From Candidatus Omnitrophota bacterium (GTDB taxonomy: Bacteria > Omnitrophota > Gorgyraeia > Gygaellales > Profunditerraquicolaceae), in assembly GCA_028715415.1 (NCBI GenBank), contig JAQURX010000010.1:3668-67667 (forward strand): DNA of 64,000 nt, in the 5' to 3' direction. Shown one piece after another: positions 39,407 through 48,410 of this stretch. Made by a program: the position numbers and the translations under genes. The notes beneath the pieces are model-generated. The model did no database searches. It saw only the letters and a list, made by a program, of their open reading frames with translations, and was not told where the DNA came from. The stretch's first letter is position 1, and each line of letters begins with the position of its first letter.

Positions 39407-39436
39407 TTGACAAGGTTAAACGGCGTATGTTATATT
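39407..39436 (+). promoter_or_regulatory. Sigma70-like promoter TTGACA-18 nt-TATATT for the tRNA operon
   Basis: TTGACA 39407-39412, TATATT 39431-39436, tRNA-Ala begins at 39459. Confidence 0.5.
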
Positions 39437-39458
39437 TATAGGGCTATTAAGGTTTTTT

Positions 39459-39531
39459 GGGGCTGTAGCTCAGCTGGGAGAGCACTTGCATGGCATGCAA
39501 GGGGTCAGGAGTTCAATCCTCCTCAGCTCCA
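39459..39531 (+). tRNA. tRNA-Ala (anticodon GGC)
   Basis: Cloverleaf folded by hand: acceptor GGGGCTG/CAGCTCC with the G3:U70 Ala identity pair, anticodon loop atGGCat, TTCAATC T-loop, 73 nt, CCA not encoded. Confidence 0.85.
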
Positions 39532-39620
39532 CAAAATTTTTCGGACAACGAAAAATTTTGTGGCACTGAAGCGAGCGTTAAACGGCGCGACAAGCGCCGT
39601 AGCGAGCGGGAGTGCCACAA
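39529..39620 (+). other. Highly structured inter-tRNA spacer: 14-bp hairpin CACAAAATTTTTCG-gacaa-CGAAAAATTTTGTG plus GC-rich nested hairpin (GTGGCACT...AGTGCCAC enclosing ACGGCGC-gacaa-GCGCCGT); both apical loops GACAA
   Basis: Inverted repeats read directly from the sequence. Confidence 0.4.
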
Positions 39621-39631
39621 ATTATTCTTTC

Positions 39632-39714
39632 GCCGGAGTGGCGGAATGGCAGACGCAGCAGCCTCAAAAGCTGCCGAGGGCAACCTCATGGGGGTTCAAG
39701 TCCCTTCTCCGGCA
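39632..39714 (+). tRNA. tRNA-Leu (anticodon CAA), class II with long variable arm
   Basis: Acceptor GCCGGAG/CTCCGGC, anticodon loop ctCAAaa, 16-nt variable arm CGAGGGCAACCTCATG, discriminator A; 83 nt. Confidence 0.8.
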
Positions 39715-39720
39715 TTTTTT

Positions 39721-40404
39721 ATGAATAAAACTAAGCGCATTCAATGGACGCATGAACTCGCTTACGCTGTTGGCCTCATCACCACTGACGGGAATTTATC
39801 CCCAGACAAAAGACATATTCAATTTACAACTACAGACCACCAACTCGCCGAACAGTTCAATAGATGCTTAAACATTAACAGCAAAATCCAATTAACCCCT
39901 CCCTCTGGCTTTGGTAAAAAATCTGCATATAGAATTAATTTTAGCAATGTAAAACTATACAGGTGGCTTGAACAAATCGGCTTAAAACCAAGAAAAACAC
40001 ATTCTCTGGGAATAATAAAAACTCCTAAGAAATACTTTCCTGATTTTTTAAGAGGACATTTGGATGGCGATGGTTCAATATTTACCTATAAAGATAAATA
40101 TATGAACTACAAAAGACGCCGTTATACATACTCGCGCACATATACGGCATTTAATTCTAGTTCTTTTAAACACATCAATTGGATCAGAAATAATTTAAGG
40201 AAAGAATTAAATATTAAAGGGGCTTTAAATTCTTGGCTAAAACCGGAAAGAACTGTACCATTGTGGACACTAAGATTTGCTAAAAAAGACTCGTTTAAAT
40301 TATTACGCTGGCTCTACTATAAACCCAATCTATCATGTTTATCCCGCAAAAGAGAAATTGCTGAACAATTTCTAAAAAGCATTCATAAGAATATTAGAAT
40401 TTAA
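39721..40404 (+). CDS. Free-standing double-motif LAGLIDADG homing-endonuclease-family protein
   Basis: MNKTKRIQWTHELAYAVGLITTDGNL (motif 1) and FLRGHLDGDGSI (motif 2) about 100 aa apart, the single-chain LAGLIDADG architecture. ATG at 39721 is 7 nt after the tRNA-Leu 3' end. The ORF-track entry 39490..40404 is an artefactual upstream extension across the tRNAs. Confidence 0.8.
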   Translation: MNKTKRIQWTHELAYAVGLITTDGNLSPDKRHIQFTTTDHQLAEQFNRCLNINSKIQLTPPSGFGKKSAYRINFSNVKLYRWLEQIGLKPRKTHSLGIIKTPKKYFPDFLRGHLDGDGSIFTYKDKYMNYKRRRYTYSRTYTAFNSSSFKHINWIRNNLRKELNIKGALNSWLKPERTVPLWTLRFAKKDSFKLLRWLYYKPNLSCLSRKREIAEQFLKSIHKNIRI

Positions 40405-40435
40405 AAGCAGGTAGAATAATTACAATCCCGTTTTT

Positions 40436-41089
40436 TTACGACTTAATATCGGTGGAAGGCTGACGATGGTTCAAATAAGGAGATATTTTCTTCAAAATCC
40501 GCTGGGCAATAAGTTTATAACCATTGCCGTTTGGATGCAGAAAATCGCTTTTCATAGAAGGATTGGTAATAATTCCACTCATGATAGAAGGAACAAAAAT
40601 TGCCCCGTTATCTTTGGCAATTTTAAAATAAGCAGGACGGTATTCTTTCATTAACATCCCGGCGCTTACATCAACAATCGCAACCATAGCGCCTTTCTCT
40701 TGAATTCTCTCTACCATCTGCTTTATATTATTTACAGTTAGCTCCGGAGAAACCTTCCTCAAGAAATCATTCCCACCAAACTCAATAATAACTAACAAAG
40801 GATTCCTTGATAACACATCCGAATCAAGCCGTTTTAAAGCCTCAGTAGTCGTATCGCCGTCAATCCCAGCGTTAATCACTGAGAAATTGATCATCTTGGA
40901 AAGATGCACCGGGTAAGCTTCATCTGAAGTAACGCCATATCCATAGGTGATACTATCTCCAAAACAAATTATGTTTTTCCCGTTCGAACTTACATTCTTG
41001 ATTTCTTTCTTTTCACAGGCGGATAAACCAAAAACACAATAACCTAATAAAGCTATTACCAAAACTAGAATTTTATTTTTTCTGGACAT
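40436..41089 (-). CDS. SGNH/GDSL hydrolase lipoprotein (TesA/arylesterase-like)
   Basis: Lipobox LSAC; block I IICFGDSITYG, block III GGNDF, block V DFLHPNGNGY. Confidence 0.75.
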   Translation of the reverse strand: MSRKNKILVLVIALLGYCVFGLSACEKKEIKNVSSNGKNIICFGDSITYGYGVTSDEAYPVHLSKMINFSVINAGIDGDTTTEALKRLDSDVLSRNPLLVIIEFGGNDFLRKVSPELTVNNIKQMVERIQEKGAMVAIVDVSAGMLMKEYRPAYFKIAKDNGAIFVPSIMSGIITNPSMKSDFLHPNGNGYKLIAQRILKKISPYLNHRQPSTDIKS

Positions 41090-42113
41090 GTCTTAACCTT
41101 AGTTGCCCGCAGGCTGCATCAATATCCTCCCCACGGGATTTCCTTAAAGTAACATTGACTTGCGCATTTTTTAAAAAATCCTGAAAGATCAGAATCTCAG
41201 ATTTACTTGGCGGCTCTATGCCTAATTCCTTAACAGGATTGGCCGGGATAAGATTAACCTTACAATCTATTCCCTCTAATAGTGTAACCAATTTTTGGGC
41301 ATTTTGCAAATCAGAATTTAATCCCTTGATTAAAACATACTCAAAAGTTATTTGCCGGTTAGTCTTTGCATTATACTCTCTTACCGCTTTCATCAGGTCT
41401 TTAAGCGGGTATTTCTTATTTATCGGCATTAAGCTTGAGCGTATTTTATCATCCGCAGCATGCAAAGAAACAGATAATTCAAACTGGAGATTTTCATCTT
41501 GGAGTTTTTTAATCCCCGGGATAAACCCGCTGGTTGAGATTGTAATTCTGCGCGCCCCTATGTTAAGGCTGTAAGAAGCATTGATTATTCTTATTGCTTT
41601 TAAGACATTTTCGTAGTTATCTAAAGGCTCCCCTGTGCCCATAAAAACAATATGAGTTAGTTTATTTTCAGAAGAGCTGTCTTTTATGCAAAGGATCTCA
41701 TCAATAATCTCAGAGACACTTAAATTCCTTTTAAACCCCAATAGGCCGCTTGCGCAAAAACGGCAGCCAAACTTACACCCGACTTGCGATGAAACACAGC
41801 CTGTTACCCTGTCGGAAACAGGAATTATGACGCCCTCAACAACACTTTTATCGCTTAGCTCAAAAAGAAGTTTTTTTGTCCCGTCGCTTGATTCCAAACA
41901 TTGAACCAGGTCCAAAGAGGAAACAGAAAACTCTTTATTTAATTTTTCCCTTAGATCCTGAGAAAGATCGCTCATTTTAAGAAAGTCTCTCAGGCCTCTC
42001 TGGTATATCCAACGAAAAACCTGCTTTGCGTGAAAAGCAGGTTTCCCCCATTTCTTAAAAACATCCTCTAATTCTTCTAAATTTAAATCTTTAACATCAG
42101 GCATATTGATCAA
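41073..42113 (-). CDS. rlmN: Radical SAM 23S rRNA/tRNA adenine C2-methyltransferase RlmN
   Basis: 346 aa, CxxxCxxC cluster GCKFGCRFC, RlmN N-terminal HAKQVFRWIYQ motif, conserved C-terminal Cys. Confidence 0.8.
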   Translation of the reverse strand: MINMPDVKDLNLEELEDVFKKWGKPAFHAKQVFRWIYQRGLRDFLKMSDLSQDLREKLNKEFSVSSLDLVQCLESSDGTKKLLFELSDKSVVEGVIIPVSDRVTGCVSSQVGCKFGCRFCASGLLGFKRNLSVSEIIDEILCIKDSSSENKLTHIVFMGTGEPLDNYENVLKAIRIINASYSLNIGARRITISTSGFIPGIKKLQDENLQFELSVSLHAADDKIRSSLMPINKKYPLKDLMKAVREYNAKTNRQITFEYVLIKGLNSDLQNAQKLVTLLEGIDCKVNLIPANPVKELGIEPPSKSEILIFQDFLKNAQVNVTLRKSRGEDIDAACGQLRLRHVQKK

Positions 42114-43669
42114 CTAATCTTTTGGCTCTCTTGGCAGCTGCGCTTAAGGCTTTCTTTATCAATCTTTCCAACTCTATTTTTGGGAAGCGTAGACGAAAAT
42201 TCAAAATAATGCGGAATCTTAAAATGCGCCAAATGCTGTTTTAAAAATGATCGCATCTCATCATCGGCTAGCTCCTCTCCTTCTTTTGGAGTAATAAAAG
42301 CCTTTGGGACTTCCCCTCTTAATTTATCCGGAATACCGATTACCGCGGCTTCCTTTACTTTCGGATGGCGCTGGATAACTTCTTCCAACTCTGGAGCAAA
42401 TACAATTTCCCCTGCAACTTTAATCATCTCTTTGATTCTACCGACGATAGAATACCTTCCGCCCTTATCCCGCTTAACCACATCTCCGGTCTTAAACCAA
42501 CCGTCAGCAGTCAAAACGCTTTTAGTTAATTCGGGCTCTTTGTAATAACCGGATGTGACAGCTTTTCCTTTTATCCAAAGCTCGCCTTCTAATTCACCCT
42601 TTAGCTCATTACCATCAAGATCTACAATTTTAACTTCGGTCCCAGGAGGAAACTTACCGGTATGCTCAATTTCTCTTGTATTTGTACCGGTAGGTAAAAA
42701 AGTATTGGGGGCTGCGGTTTCAGTCATCCCCCAGCCATTTAAAAGGTAAGCATTAGGACAGACCTTATGGAACCTCTCAAGTAAAACAGGAGAAGACGGG
42801 GCGCCAAAAACAACCGCGTATCTTAAAGAAGAAAGGTCAAATTTATCGTAATCTTTAAGCGATAATACCGCCACATACATTGAAGGAACAATACAAAAAA
42901 TCGTCAATTTATATTTTTCAATGTTCTTAAGAAAATCTAATGGTTGGAAACGCTCCATTAAAACCAGCGTCGTGCCAAAATAAAGCATAAAAAGCATATA
43001 ATCAAGCCCGCCGACGTGAGAAAAAGGAACCCCCGCGCAAAGAAAGCTATCTTTTTCGCTTACCTTTAAGAAATATTCTAGAGTTTTAATTGGATTACCG
43101 AGATGTCCGTAATTAAGCATTACTCCTTTAGGATGCCCGGTTGAGCCTGAAGTATAAAAAATTGCTGATTCGTCTAGTTCATCTATTTTTTCGTTAACTA
43201 TGTTTCCTTGCTTATTAAGCAATTCATTCCAAGATAAAAAGGCTTCTTGCGTAGGATTGAAAACTACAATTTTCTGAAGCTTCGGGCATTTAGACTTTAG
43301 ATTATTAAAATCCAGCCCTCTTCTCTCCTGTGCGATAAGAACCTTGGTATCGCTATGATTAATGAAATTAATAATTTCTTCCTCAGTAAGCATAAAATCT
43401 AAAGGAACACATACACCGCGTAAAACAAATACCCCGAGAAAGCTATAGATATACTCCGGGATATTTGGAAGAAAAATTGCTATCTTTTCGCCCTTTAAAA
43501 CACCAAGCGAAGATAAGCCCTTTGCAACCTGCAAAGAAAAATCATTTAGCTGCTTATAAGTGATAACCACACCTTCGGATGAAACTTCCTGAGTATGGGA
43601 TTTAAAGATAATTGCCGGTTTGTTCGGAAATAACTTTACATCTTTTTCAAGAGCTTGTGCAAAATTCAT
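42110..43669 (-). CDS. AMP-dependent acyl-CoA synthetase/ligase
   Basis: 519 aa, AMP-binding signature IFYTSGSTGHPKGVM, adenylation core motifs. Confidence 0.8.
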   Translation of the reverse strand: MNFAQALEKDVKLFPNKPAIIFKSHTQEVSSEGVVITYKQLNDFSLQVAKGLSSLGVLKGEKIAIFLPNIPEYIYSFLGVFVLRGVCVPLDFMLTEEEIINFINHSDTKVLIAQERRGLDFNNLKSKCPKLQKIVVFNPTQEAFLSWNELLNKQGNIVNEKIDELDESAIFYTSGSTGHPKGVMLNYGHLGNPIKTLEYFLKVSEKDSFLCAGVPFSHVGGLDYMLFMLYFGTTLVLMERFQPLDFLKNIEKYKLTIFCIVPSMYVAVLSLKDYDKFDLSSLRYAVVFGAPSSPVLLERFHKVCPNAYLLNGWGMTETAAPNTFLPTGTNTREIEHTGKFPPGTEVKIVDLDGNELKGELEGELWIKGKAVTSGYYKEPELTKSVLTADGWFKTGDVVKRDKGGRYSIVGRIKEMIKVAGEIVFAPELEEVIQRHPKVKEAAVIGIPDKLRGEVPKAFITPKEGEELADDEMRSFLKQHLAHFKIPHYFEFSSTLPKNRVGKIDKESLKRSCQESQKIS

Positions 43670-43684
43670 AATCCCTCCCGATAC

Positions 43685-45181
43685 CTAAAAACCGTACCAA
43701 TAATTAATTAAAGGTTTCTCACCTTGAGCTTTATCTTGAATTACATTTTTAATCCGGGTGTATTCTAAAAAGCCTTCTTTTCCTAATTCTTTCCCAAAGC
43801 CACTCTGCTTAAACCCGCCATAAGGAACTTCATTAAAAAACATCCCGTAAGTATTAACCCAGATTGTTCCTGCATTTATTTTACCGGCTAATTCGCTTGC
43901 TTTTATTTCATCTTTTGCCCAGATACAACCTGCAAGTGCAAAATTAGAAGCGTTAGCAAGCTCTACCGCCTCGGAAATGCTTGAGAATTTGCTTATGCAG
44001 GCAACCGGCCCAAAAACTTCTTCCTTAAAGATTTGCATCTGAGGCGAAACTTCAGTAATTACAGTAGGTTCAAAGAAAAATCCTGCTTTCAAAGCTTCAT
44101 CCTGCGGGATTTTGCCGCCACAAAGCACCTTTGCGCCTTCTTGCTTTGCTTTCTCCACAAAACCAATTACTTTATTTCTCTGTGACTCAGAAATTAAAGG
44201 CCCCATTTGAGTTTCAAAATCACTGCCAACCTCAAGCTTTATTCGTTTCGCTTTTTCAACAAAATCATTTATGAATTTATCGTATATGCTATCCTGAACA
44301 AAAATTCGCGACATCGCAGTACACATCTGGCCTTGATTTAAAAATATAGAACACAACGACCCATTAACCGCTAATTCAATATCGGCGTCGGACAAAACTA
44401 TGCTTGCTGACTTTCCGCCTAATTCCATTATTGCTTTTTTTACATTTACCGAAGAATATTCTGCAATCTGCCTGCCAACCTCATTACTTCCGGTAAAAGA
44501 AATCATATCAACACGCTTATCAGAACAAAGTAGTTTTCCTAATTTCTCTCCGCTCCCATTTATAATGTTTACAACTCCTTTGGGAAAGCTAGCTGCATGA
44601 ATAATTTTAGCTAAATATAGCGCTGTTAATGGAGTCAGGCTTGAAGGCTTTAGGATAACGGTGTTTCCCGCGGCAAGTGCCTGGGCTAATTTCCATGAAG
44701 CAATTAATAAAGGATAATTCCACGGTACAATAAGGACTACTACACCAACAGGTTCCCGGGTAAGCCGGCTGTCGGATTTTGAAATCTGAGTATTAATTGA
44801 AATTTTTTCCTCACTGAGGAATTTTCCAAAATTATTAGCAAAATAATTAAAAGTTTCTGCTGCTGACGGGATATCCATAAAAGTAGATTCTTTTATTGGC
44901 TTTCCATTATTTAGAGTTTCAAGTTGAGCAAATTCTGCAGCATTATCAAGAATGCCTTGTGAAATCTTTAAAATATAGTTTTTGCGTTCTTCCAAAGAAA
45001 TCTTCGGCCAAGTCCCTTTATCAAAAGCCTCTCTTGCGCCTGCTAAAGCCAATTCAACATCCTGTTCAGAAGCAACCGGAACTTCAGCAATGATTTCTTG
45101 TGAAGCAGGATTAATTATTTTTTGCTTTGCCTGCGAATCTTTAAACTCACCGTTAATATAAAGAAGGTATTTTTCTTGCAT
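43685..45181 (-). CDS. NAD(P)-dependent aldehyde dehydrogenase
   Basis: 498 aa; ELGGKSA catalytic-Glu motif, FTGSNEVGRQIA, catalytic Cys region QGQMCTAMSR. Confidence 0.85.
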   Translation of the reverse strand: MQEKYLLYINGEFKDSQAKQKIINPASQEIIAEVPVASEQDVELALAGAREAFDKGTWPKISLEERKNYILKISQGILDNAAEFAQLETLNNGKPIKESTFMDIPSAAETFNYFANNFGKFLSEEKISINTQISKSDSRLTREPVGVVVLIVPWNYPLLIASWKLAQALAAGNTVILKPSSLTPLTALYLAKIIHAASFPKGVVNIINGSGEKLGKLLCSDKRVDMISFTGSNEVGRQIAEYSSVNVKKAIMELGGKSASIVLSDADIELAVNGSLCSIFLNQGQMCTAMSRIFVQDSIYDKFINDFVEKAKRIKLEVGSDFETQMGPLISESQRNKVIGFVEKAKQEGAKVLCGGKIPQDEALKAGFFFEPTVITEVSPQMQIFKEEVFGPVACISKFSSISEAVELANASNFALAGCIWAKDEIKASELAGKINAGTIWVNTYGMFFNEVPYGGFKQSGFGKELGKEGFLEYTRIKNVIQDKAQGEKPLINYWYGF

Positions 45182-45183
45182 AA

Positions 45184-46185
45184 TTATTTAAACCTAACCA
45201 TAGTAAATAATTTAAACAACCTGCTAAAAGGAACATACCATTTGGAAAGTTGCCCCAATTGCCCGGATAATTTCATTTTGCCCTGAGTTACTGCGACGAA
45301 TGAATCGAGTTTGCCTAAAAAAACCTGCTCCCAAATATCTTTTGGAGCGCTGATAATAAAAGGGGCATCGGCATCGCTATCTAATCTGATAATCCTGCCT
45401 TTTTCAAAATTAAATTTATAAACAGCATCTGTTCCATCAAGCTTTATAGCAAGCTTTACAGTTAAATCAAGCTCCTTGCCTTTTGTTGCAATGAATTCAT
45501 CCTTATTAACCAAATCTACAATTGCCTGGATATGTTCTCTGGAAAACATTGGATACGCAGTTTCATGTTTAGTTAAATTATCCTTTAAAGCATTATCCAA
45601 ATCATCAAGCACATCTTTTTTAAATAACCTTGCTACAGCGGCAACCCTGATTGCTTCTTCTAAAGCCTCAGTCAAGCTAAGCGCATCTTCAAATTTTTCC
45701 CCAATAGCAATTGAGCCGTGATTCTTAAGCACGACGAGATTATTTGTCTTTAAGGCTTCAATTACCGGCTGAGGATTTGTTACAGTGGGAGTCTCCTGTG
45801 GAATTACCGGGACATCTCCTAAATAAAATTTGGTTTCAAAAGTTAAGGCTTTAAGCGATGAACAGACCGCAAAATAACCATTAATTATAGGTGGATGCGC
45901 ATGGATTACAACTTTTGCAGAAGAATTTTTATAAACTAAGCTGTGTAAAGGAAGTTCTGAACTAGGCTTAATACCCCCCTCAACTGTTCCGGAATTTAGA
46001 TCAACCTTAACTATATCAGCATCTTTCAACTGGCCTAAAGAAGTCCCAGTTGCAGTAATTAAAATTGATTCGTTATCAATGCGGCAGCTTAAGTTTCCCG
46101 ATTTTGCTACAGTCAAACCGACTTCATAAAGCCTCTTTCCAACCTTGATTATCTGCTCCTTTAAAACCTTTTCATTATCAGACAT
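45184..46185 (-). CDS. Class II aldolase/adducin-family protein fused to C-terminal SCP2-like domain
   Basis: N-terminal about 200 aa with metal-binding HAHPP...H pattern of fuculose-1-P aldolase/MtnB family; C-terminal about 120 aa ends TQGKMKLSGQLGQLSKW (SCP2 sterol-carrier-like). Confidence 0.6.
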   Translation of the reverse strand: MSDNEKVLKEQIIKVGKRLYEVGLTVAKSGNLSCRIDNESILITATGTSLGQLKDADIVKVDLNSGTVEGGIKPSSELPLHSLVYKNSSAKVVIHAHPPIINGYFAVCSSLKALTFETKFYLGDVPVIPQETPTVTNPQPVIEALKTNNLVVLKNHGSIAIGEKFEDALSLTEALEEAIRVAAVARLFKKDVLDDLDNALKDNLTKHETAYPMFSREHIQAIVDLVNKDEFIATKGKELDLTVKLAIKLDGTDAVYKFNFEKGRIIRLDSDADAPFIISAPKDIWEQVFLGKLDSFVAVTQGKMKLSGQLGQLSKWYVPFSRLFKLFTMVRFK

Positions 46186-46186
46186 T

Positions 46187-47122
46187 TTATACCTCTAAAT
46201 AAATGTGCTCTGCGATTAATTCATTTGGCGTTATATCAAAAGCCGGATAATATGCCTTTGCGTTTTTTGGAGCAAGGCAAAGCCCCTGAAATTCCAATAA
46301 TTCTTTATCAGGCCTTATTTCAATCTTAATGTCATTTCCTGTTTTTGCGTGGGATGGCGGCGGGCACAACACATAAAAAGGAATATTAAAGTGTTTGGCA
46401 AGTAAAGCAATTTGAAAGGTCCCGATTTTATTAGCGATGTCACCGTTTTGGGCTAAATTATCCGCGCCGACTAATACTTTACTGATTTTTCCCTCAAACA
46501 TTACCTGCGCAACCATATTATCTGTAATGATTGTTACAGGAAATTTTGCTTTCTGCAGCTCCCATGCTGTTAAACGCGAACCCTGAAGATACGGCCTGGT
46601 TTCAGTAACAAAAAAACTTACTTTTTTATTTTCCGCCCTGCAATATTCTCCGATTAGAGGAAGCAGCCCGCTGACATTGCAATGCGTAAGGATTACATCA
46701 CCGTCATTTAGCAGTTTGCTTGCTTTCTCCGCCTGAAGTATGCGTTTATTTTTCAGGCCTTCTAAAAAACCTAAGATGCATTTCTCTAACGGCATGTTTT
46801 TTTCAGCCCAACCTAACACCATGTCAGTTAAGAATTTAAATGACAGTGTCGGACGGGTAGCATTAATCGCCTCTGCAATTTTCTTTAAATCTGGCATTAA
46901 ATCTTTCTTACCCTTACTCTTGTTGATCTCAAGCAAAAAGATGTAAAAAACCAGGATTACCTGCCCAACAGCACGCGTTTTCATCTCTTTTATTGCCCTA
47001 CATGCCTGCTTGTAAGTTGTTGCCTTGATATATTTAACTTTATGAGGCAGCAAAGTTTCATCAAGAATATAAATTGCATTGTCTTTGAAACGGATCGGCC
47101 AGAAAAGTTCTGAGAATTCCAT
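46187..47122 (-). CDS. mtnA: MtnA/eIF-2B-family sugar-phosphate isomerase (methylthioribose-1-P or 5-deoxyribose-1-P isomerase)
   Basis: 311 aa, ILTHCNVSG and VGADNLAQNGDIANKIGTFQIALLAKHFNIPFYVLCP, the conserved core of the MtnA/e2B2 family. Confidence 0.65.
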   Translation of the reverse strand: MEFSELFWPIRFKDNAIYILDETLLPHKVKYIKATTYKQACRAIKEMKTRAVGQVILVFYIFLLEINKSKGKKDLMPDLKKIAEAINATRPTLSFKFLTDMVLGWAEKNMPLEKCILGFLEGLKNKRILQAEKASKLLNDGDVILTHCNVSGLLPLIGEYCRAENKKVSFFVTETRPYLQGSRLTAWELQKAKFPVTIITDNMVAQVMFEGKISKVLVGADNLAQNGDIANKIGTFQIALLAKHFNIPFYVLCPPPSHAKTGNDIKIEIRPDKELLEFQGLCLAPKNAKAYYPAFDITPNELIAEHIYLEV

Positions 47123-47128
47123 AATTAA

Positions 47129-47596
47129 TTATTCACCTTTCGGTTGGGTTGCTTGTAGCTTCTCTTTTTCATTCTTACGGATATCCTGATAATATTTTAT
47201 CTGCTCGGGGAACCTTAAATCGTCCTTGTTTAAATATCTGAAAAAGCAGATTAGAATGATATTAGACATATCCTCATTTTCATAAATCCCTAAGCCGTTA
47301 AAATATTTCTTTAATGGAGAATTATCAGGTTCAATCCATTTTCTGATCATCCATTGGCCAATTCCAAGGTGGAATTTAGCGAGAATTTGGTCATCTGCGG
47401 TCTTCCTGATATCAGACATTTCTTCATCAGAAAGATTTTTCTTTAAAGCATCAAAACATTCATCGATACTTCTTGGGATTTTTGACTGCTTTTTTACAGA
47501 TGCAACTGACTCTTCTTGGCCGTTTTTCCCTTCCGCTGCAAAGCTTAAACTATAAATTGCTAAAGCAACGACGAAGATAGAAAATTTTCTCAGCAT
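47129..47596 (-). CDS. Secreted hypothetical protein
   Basis: 155 aa, signal peptide, no recognisable motif. Confidence 0.3.
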   Translation of the reverse strand: MLRKFSIFVVALAIYSLSFAAEGKNGQEESVASVKKQSKIPRSIDECFDALKKNLSDEEMSDIRKTADDQILAKFHLGIGQWMIRKWIEPDNSPLKKYFNGLGIYENEDMSNIILICFFRYLNKDDLRFPEQIKYYQDIRKNEKEKLQATQPKGE

Positions 47597-47609
47597 ACCT
47601 CTCCTCCGA

Positions 47610-48359
47610 TTATTTTCCTTCTAATTTCTTAACTGTTTCAAGAGCAATTGTAATCAAGTTCGACTCTGCCATGTAATACATCGGATTCATAAATCCCATT
47701 TCACCGGTAATAACATTATCGCTTACTGCCAAAATTGACCCGGCCTTTACTTTGTAAGTCTGGGCGATAGTTAAAAGCGTTGAAGAAACCATATCTACTG
47801 CCATAGCTCCTTCTTTACGTTTTGCTTCAACTATTTCTCTTGTTTCGCGTAAAAGCGCATCAGTTGTCCATGCTGTGCCGCGGTGTACATTTAATCCCAT
47901 GCCTTTTGCGATTTCAAACATGGTATCGGAAATCTTCTTATCCGCAACTGTCTTAAAATCTTTATCAACATAATAAGGCGTTACCCCGTCGCCGCGGATA
48001 ACTTTATCAACAATAAATAAATCTCCAACCTTAATATTCTCATCAAGCGCACCGCAAGTTCCAATACGGATAATATTCTGAATTCCGGCATTACACATAA
48101 CTTCTGAAGTAATTGATGTATCAGTTGAGAACCTTCCTCCGTTAATTCCGGTGATTTTAATCCCTTGATACATGCCGGTATACATTGTGTATTCCATAAA
48201 AGAGAAATTCTTTACCGGATTCTCAATTTTCTTCATTAAGACTTCTAACCTATCCTTTGGCCCGGGAACAATTGCATATTTCCCCACATCCTGTGGACGA
48301 AGCTGCACCATTTGTGTTAAATCCTTGCCTGTCATGTGAATCTCTTTTTGCATTTGCAT
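47610..48359 (-). CDS. PNP/UDP-family nucleoside phosphorylase (candidate MTA/5'-deoxyadenosine phosphorylase)
   Basis: About 240 aa, RIGTCGAL and MVSSTLLTIAQ blocks align with the DeoD/Udp/MtnN phosphorylase fold (RVGSCGA, EMEAAG equivalents). Confidence 0.6.
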   Translation of the reverse strand: MQMQKEIHMTGKDLTQMVQLRPQDVGKYAIVPGPKDRLEVLMKKIENPVKNFSFMEYTMYTGMYQGIKITGINGGRFSTDTSITSEVMCNAGIQNIIRIGTCGALDENIKVGDLFIVDKVIRGDGVTPYYVDKDFKTVADKKISDTMFEIAKGMGLNVHRGTAWTTDALLRETREIVEAKRKEGAMAVDMVSSTLLTIAQTYKVKAGSILAVSDNVITGEMGFMNPMYYMAESNLITIALETVKKLEGK

Positions 48360-48410
48360 TTCTTTCTCCCTTTTTGATTGTTAATAAATCTATATTTTGT
48401 TTAAATATAA

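Noticed and set aside
39407-40404. ORF-track proteins 39407..39724 (105 aa) and the N-terminal 77 aa of 39490..40404
   Set aside because: They translate straight through tRNA-Ala, the structured spacer and tRNA-Leu. The genuine LAGLIDADG ORF starts at the ATG at 39721.
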